DNA from: Haliotis rufescens
Lineage: Eukaryota
Assembly (NCBI RefSeq): GCF_023055435.1
Contig: NW_025964383.1
Coordinates: 6,882,001 to 6,946,000, forward strand
Direction: 5' to 3'
Length of the DNA stretch: 64,000 bases
Positions 57,566 through 64,000 of the stretch are shown here, in pieces; the first letter of the stretch is position 1; every line of letters begins with the position of its first letter. A program made the translations under genes and the position numbers. The notes beneath the pieces are model-generated. The model made no database searches. It saw only the letters and a list, made by a program, of their open reading frames with translations, and was not told where the DNA came from.

Positions 57566-57922
57566 TTTGTACCACTGGACTTACTCTGGTACATCAACAG
57601 TTTGTACCACTGGACTTACTCTGGTACATCAACAGTTTGTACCACTGGACTTACTCTGGTACATCAACAGTTTGTACCACTGGACTTACTCTGGTACATC
57701 AACAGTTTGTACCACTGGAATTACTCTGGTACATCAACAGTTTGTACCAATGGAATAACCCTGGTACATCAACAGTTTGTACCACCTAATTCTGGTACAT
57801 CAACAGTTTGTACCACCTAATTCTGGTACATCAACAGTTTGTACCACCTAATTCTGGTACATCAACAGTTTGTACCACCTAATTCTGGTACATCAGCAGT
57901 TTGTACCACATAATTATGGTAC
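57566..57922. repeat. Minisatellite, 35-bp then about 30-bp units
   Basis: tttgtaccactggacttactctggtacatcaacag. Confidence 0.92.
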
Positions 57923-59027
57923 TCTTCAAAGTTATTTTACTAATTGAGCTTGTGACTGTACAAGCTTAGCTTACAATGCAAACCATAACACACCTTACCA
58001 TGAGAATGTTCATTTCTCTACACTAAAAATGGCCCTCAATCTGTGCTTTTGGCGAAAACCTTATACCCACAAATCATGGCACCAGAAATGAAATATGTGA
58101 ATTTGCCGTATGCACTGGACTGTGGAAATGGCAGGACAACTTCCACACTAGGTTGCCCTCAACACAAGCTGAGTGTTCAGTCTGACCATTATCCACAACA
58201 CAACATCTACAGCTCGGATGAATCAGGAAAGTAATTATCATAATTAAGAGCTGAGTGATATCCAATCAAGTATCCTCAAGGATGGTTCCTTCTGATGTAA
58301 TTTATTGATGGCTTGTGCATTAATCAGATTTGACACGCTAGAGCCTGCGCTGCTCCACCACACTGGGCCAGCCAGCAGGGCACTCTTCTGCATGTATCAC
58401 GTTGAGCTGCCACACTGCATCAGCAGTGTCCGAGCATGTAGCAGTCAACTGTATCCCCACACAAACACAACAGTACATGGCCATGGTGGGGAAATACACC
58501 TTACCTCACCAGTATCCCTGATACTCACTTTTTACATATTCATACCAAGACTTGATTTAATATTCTTTTAAGACAAAACATTGCCCTCAACAAATAAACT
58601 ATTTGTAAAGGCACTTCCTTTGTACATGTTGTATGTCTGTGTGTCATCTGGACAACTCTTGAATAGTTCTAAAAAAGTATTACCATCAGTAAGGTAAACG
58701 AATTGACAGAAATTGTCTGGAAAAGAAGTTTCCAAAAATGAAAAAAAAAAATAAATCTCCATATATCTTCAGTGTTGTATTGAGACAGAAGGCTGCCTAT
58801 ATCATGTATATCATGATGGAAATGTTAAGTATAGTAAGATAATAATGACTGACATCCCTGTCACACCGTTTTAAGATTCACCATGCTCATTGTGCACATC
58901 AATAATGTTAGGAAGATAACATGTTTGTTTCACATAACTTTATTCCTGCTCAATAGTGTGTCAAGTACTTTTTTAATTCTTTCTTTAATAAATCAATACA
59001 GAAATCCATGTTCAGTTCAAACACTAC

Positions 59028-59306
59028 AGGACACGTGAAGATCTGGTGTAGGTCTTGAGAAACCCATGTTTGCCGTAAATGGTGACTATGCTTGTTGTAT
59101 GAGGCGACTAACAGGAGCGGGTGGTCAGCCTCACCGACTTGGTCCATGCATGTCATCGTGTCCCAGTTCCGTGAATTGATGCTCATGATGCCAACCACTG
59201 GATTGTCTGGCCCAGACTTGATTATTTACAGACCGCTGTCATATAGCTGGAATATTGTACCACGGCTGGAATATTGAGTGTGGCATTAAACAACAAACAA
59301 ACAAAT
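59028..59306 (+). mobile_element. SINE-like family B, opposite orientation
   Basis: Reverse complement of the family B core with an aaacaacaaacaaac tail. Confidence 0.75.
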
Positions 59307-59449
59307 CGACCACTACTGTCTGCTATTTTTACATGAGTTAAAGGCTATGGGGTCTCCCTGCTCAGTGTGCAGGGTGTAGATAAGGAGGGTAGTGTGTTAC
59401 ACGCCAGCCACAGGAGGTGTGAGGAGGACCTGCCATGCTACACTGCAGA

Positions 59450-60490
59450 CAGACCACCACACCTGTAGTACAGGGACACTTCCTATACAGGCTCCAGGGT
59501 GTGACAGACCACCACACCTGTAGTACAGTGTCACTCCCTATACAGGCTCCAGGGTGTGACACACTACCACACCTGTAGTACAGGGACGCTCCCTATACAG
59601 GCTCCAGGGATTGACACACTACCACACCTGTAGTACAGGGACACTTCCTATACAGGCTCCAGGGTGTGACTGACCACCACACCTGTAGTACAGGGACACT
59701 CCCTATACAGGCTCCAGGGTGTGACACACTACCACACCTGTAGTACAGGGACACTTCCTATACAGGCTCCAGGGTGTGACACACTACCACACACTACCAC
59801 ACCTGTAGCACTGGGACACTCCCTATACAGACTCCAGGGTGTGACACACTACCACACCTGTAGCACTGGGACACTCCCTATACAGACTCCAGGGTGTGAC
59901 ACACTACCACACCTGTAGCACTGGGACACTCCATAAACAGGCTCCAGGGTGTGACACACTACCACACCTGTAGTACAGGGACACTTCCTATACAGGCTCC
60001 AGGGTGTGACACACTACCACACCTGTAGCACTGGGACACTCCCTATACAGACTCCAGGGTGTGACACACTACCACACCTGTAGCACTGGGACACTCCCTA
60101 TACAGACTCCAGGGTGTGACACACTACCACACCTGTAGCACTGGGACACTCCCTATACAGGCTCCAGAGTGTGACACACTACCACACCTGTAGTACAGGG
60201 ACACTCCCTATACAGGCTCCAGGGTGTGACACACTACCACACCTGTAGTACAGGGACGCTCCCTATACAGGCTCCAGGGTGTGACACACTACCCCACCTG
60301 TTGTACTGGGACACTCCCTATACAGGCTCCAGGGTGTGACTGACCACCACACCTGTAGTACTGGGACACTCTCTATACAGGCTCCAGGGTGTGACTGACC
60401 ACCACACCTGTAGTACTGGGACGCTCCCTATACAGGCTCCAGGGTGTGACACACTACCACACCTATAGTACTGGGACACTCCCTATACAG
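59450..60490. repeat. Minisatellite, 55-bp unit
   Basis: cacctgtagtacagggacactccctatacaggctccagggtgtgacacactacca. Confidence 0.95.
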
Positions 60491-60591
60491 ACATGGACAT
60501 CAAATGACAAGCTAAATACAGGTGATACACTACTTATACTATTCAAATAAATACAGATTTCTGATGACTGTGTCATGATTTACATAAATTA

Positions 60592-60843
60592 TGTTTGTTT
60601 ACTTGTTGTTTAACGCCACACTCAGCTATATGACGACGGTTTGTAAATAATCGATCCTGACCAGACAATCCAGTGATTGACAACACAGGCAGTGATCCAT
60701 GCAACTGGGATACAGTGACTTGCATCAACCAAGACTGCAAGCCTGACCACCCAACCCTGTTAGTCGCCTCTTACGACAAGCATAGTTGCTTTTTAAGACT
60801 AAGGCGCTGAAGACATATACTGCCCCTGATCTTCACGGGTCAC
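60592..60843 (-). mobile_element. SINE-like family B
   Basis: Homologous to 1265-1525. Confidence 0.75.
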
Positions 60844-61559
60844 AAAAATTAATGATATAATGCTGTAAAACGTAATGGTTACATGTGCACATTATCTTGA
60901 AGGACCTACAGTTTGATGACAAACAAGAAAGCATGAAAAACTACATGTAACAGTGATTTGTGATGTAGTATGGCAAATAAAGTGTAGTGGCTCTGAGTGC
61001 ATTCAAAGATTGATGTTGTGTGGAAAAGAAAGGGTTGGACACAAATTTGAATTTTTTTTACAAGTAGGCATAAATATTAAGTTGCATTTTTCAATAATAG
61101 GTTGCCCTGGTGCTTTTTTTATACAGTTAAATTGAGCCCTGTTAAATGAAACAGTTCTACGGAAAAGGTTAATGACAGCACACTGAATATATTGAAGGGA
61201 CTTAATTTAAAATGTTATAATGTCATAGCCCTGTCTAAGTGGGCACTTACTCCATCCTACAAACCACAGATGTGTCAGTATGGCTAATTACATCAGTTAG
61301 CTGTTGATGCTGGTTGTACAGAAACAATTTGCATTGGCGGAGTCCGTCACAATTCTACAACACCATACAGTAAGAAGTAACTTTACTGTGAAAAATGACA
61401 ACAATGCTATGAATGTCATGTCAGAGACAGTAACAGTTTAACAGGGGGAGCTCCGTACGAAAATACTGCTGTTTTTACACACTTAACAGTAACAATAATG
61501 CCTCATGTGTTTTTTATGGTGTTGCACCTTTGCCGACCCGGTCTATATGTCACTTATAG

Positions 61560-62880
61560 TTCCAAACATGGGAAGAACGTTCCACACATGGAAAGAGCGT
61601 TCCAAAACATGGGAAGAGCGTTTCACACATGGAAAGAGGGTTCCACATATGGGAAGAGCGTTTCACACATGGAAAGAGGGTTCCACATATGGGAAGAGCG
61701 TTTCACACATGGGGAGAGCGTTCCAGATATGGGGAGAGCGTTTCACACATGGGGAGAGCATTCCACACATGGGAAGAGCGTTTCACTCATGGGGAGAGAG
61801 TTCCACATATGGGGAGAGCATTCCACACATGGGAAGAGCGTTTCACACATGGAAAGAGGGTTCCACACATGGGAAGAGCGTTTCACACATGGAAAGAGGG
61901 TTCAACATATGGGAAAGAGCGTTTCACACATGGGGAGAGCATTCCACACATGGGAAGAGCGTTTCACTCATGGGGAGAGAGTTCCACATATGGGGAGAGC
62001 ATTCCACACATGGGAAGAGCATTTTACACATGGGGAGAGGGTTCCACACATGGGAAGAGTGTTCCACACATGGGGAGAGCATTCCACACATGGGGAGAGG
62101 GTTCCACACATGGGGAGAGCGTTCCACATATGGGGAGAGCATTCCACATATGGAAAGAGCATTCCACACATGGGGAGAGCATTCCACACATGGGAAGAGC
62201 ATTCCACACATGGGGAGAGGGTTCCACACATGGGAAGAATGTTCCACACATGGGGAGAGCATTCCACACATGGGGAGAGCGTTTCACACATGGGGAGAGC
62301 ATTCCACACATGGGGAGAGCATTCCACATATGGAAAGAGCATTCCACACATGGGGAGAGTGTTCCACACATGGGAAGAGTGTTTCACACATTGGAAAGGG
62401 TTCCACACATGGGAAGTGGGTTCCACACATAGGAAGAGTGTTCCACACATGGGAAGAGGGTTCCACACATGGGAAGAGGGTTCCACACATGGAAGAGCAT
62501 TCCACACATTGGAAAGGGTTCCACACATGGGAAGAGGGTTCCACACATGGGAAGAGCGTTCCACACATGGGAAGAGGGTTCCACACATGGGGAGTGGGTT
62601 CCACACATGGAAGAGCATTCCACACATGGGAAGAGTGTTCCACACATGGGGAGAGTGTTCCACACATTGGAAAGGGTTCCACACATGGGAAGAGGGTTCC
62701 ACACATGGGAAGAGTGTTCCACACATGGGGAGAGGGTTCCACACATGGGAAGAGTGTTCCACACATGGGGAGAGTGTTCCACACATGGGAAGAGCGTTTC
62801 ACACATTGTGAGAGCGTTCCACATATGGGGAGAGCATGGGAAGAGCGTTTCACACATGGGGAGAGTGTTCCACACATGGG
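61560..62880. repeat. Minisatellite, 20-bp unit
   Basis: ttccacacatgggaagagcg. Confidence 0.95.
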
Positions 62881-64000
62881 AGATACCTTGGGATCCTACA
62901 GTTGATGGTTTGTAGATTAGATCCATCCCTAAGACTATATAATCATATAGACACATTTAGTAACAAATAAGCTCTATAAGGCGTAAAAGCAATGTTTGAC
63001 ACTGGTGGAGAGGGCAGCCATCTGCTTCAGGATTTTAAGAAACTACACTATATGTCACTGCCAACAGATCACCAAGTGGTCAAGTGAGGGACATCATTAA
63101 TGATGATGCTGACTGCTCACCTGAGTTTAGTCAATTAGTGTCATCAAAGAATCTGATATAATCTACTGAAAGTAGGAAATACGAAATTCTTTCCCTGGAA
63201 GAACTAGCAAATATACAGGGGAGGGGGTTGCCCCCACCAGCCAATACTCCAGCCCCCGGGCGTAGGACGGGACCCTGTTCAAGGGGGAGTGAGCTAGCCT
63301 AGTGCTGATGAGGGCAGCGCACGTCGATACCGGCATGGTATGTTGCCGACTCCCTGGGTGCAGACAATACAAATACCACACTCATTTCACAGTTATCACT
63401 CGGGGTTAGTTGAGATCAAACTCTATGGTTGTATCATAGCATGAGATATTGTCTATCTAAAGACATTGATCCTGTAACGTGATATCAAATACATATAAGC
63501 GATCGATATAAGAGAAGAGAGATCGCGTTCTAGCCCAACAAAAGAACAGTGTACGTCTTACATTAAATGTGATGGTACCATGTAGTCAAAGTACAATAAT
63601 TGGGAAAGACATGGCGCACCTGTCAAAGTGACTTGAAAGGGGGTATGGCAGGTAAATGATGGCGGCCTGCTTCGATTAGGAAGCAGGCTAGACAAGACCG
63701 ATCGCCTGTTGCGTCGCCGGCCGACATTCGTGTTATCTATGACATTGCTAGCACGCTATATTAGGTAATCAAGTCAAATTACCTGTGTGGACAATGTGGA
63801 TACTCTGTTTTCCTCAAAATAACATGTCCACTACCTGTCCAATGCCGTCTGTCACCGTAAAGTCCTGCGTTGTCACATTGAGGTCACACCCATGTAAACC
63901 AGTCTCATTCACTCGGTGGGAGCACAAGCACCAGTGACGTCATCAAACCCGGTGGTCTTTCGCACCTGAGCTGTTCTGTGTCACTGTGCGAAGTCAGTTC

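Noticed and set aside
61498-62956. Zinc-finger-like His/Cys ORFs (HTWE/CG repeats)
   Set aside because: A 20-bp repeat cycling through frames; no C2H2 spacing

Overview
This is eukaryotic (animal) genomic DNA, not prokaryotic. The SINE and repeat content suggests a mollusc, possibly a gastropod; this is inference. The window is dominated by one intron-rich gene on the minus strand, an unconventional myosin VIIa (MYO7A/crinkled-like). I traced 33 coding exons from the ATG at 43630 down to 496. They join in frame to 5212 nt (about 1737 aa) covering the motor, IQ motifs, SAH region, MyTH4, FERM, SH3 and the start of the second MyTH4; the 3' end lies beyond the left edge. The introns and upstream region hold about 18 minisatellite arrays, several SINE families, a decayed Tc1/mariner and a MITE. 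They also hold an internally deleted DIRS-type tyrosine-recombinase retroelement with intact terminal and internal complementary repeats, and a Penelope-like fragment with two inverted hammerhead ribozyme cores. The most notable observations are (1) a U12-type AT-AC 5' splice site, (2) two minisatellites that amplified the gene's own splice donor and acceptor around the neck/SAH exons, one giving about 9 in-frame alternative donors, (3) the paired hammerheads, and (4) the DIRS end structure. Most long ORFs in the supplied track are read-throughs of tandem repeats.
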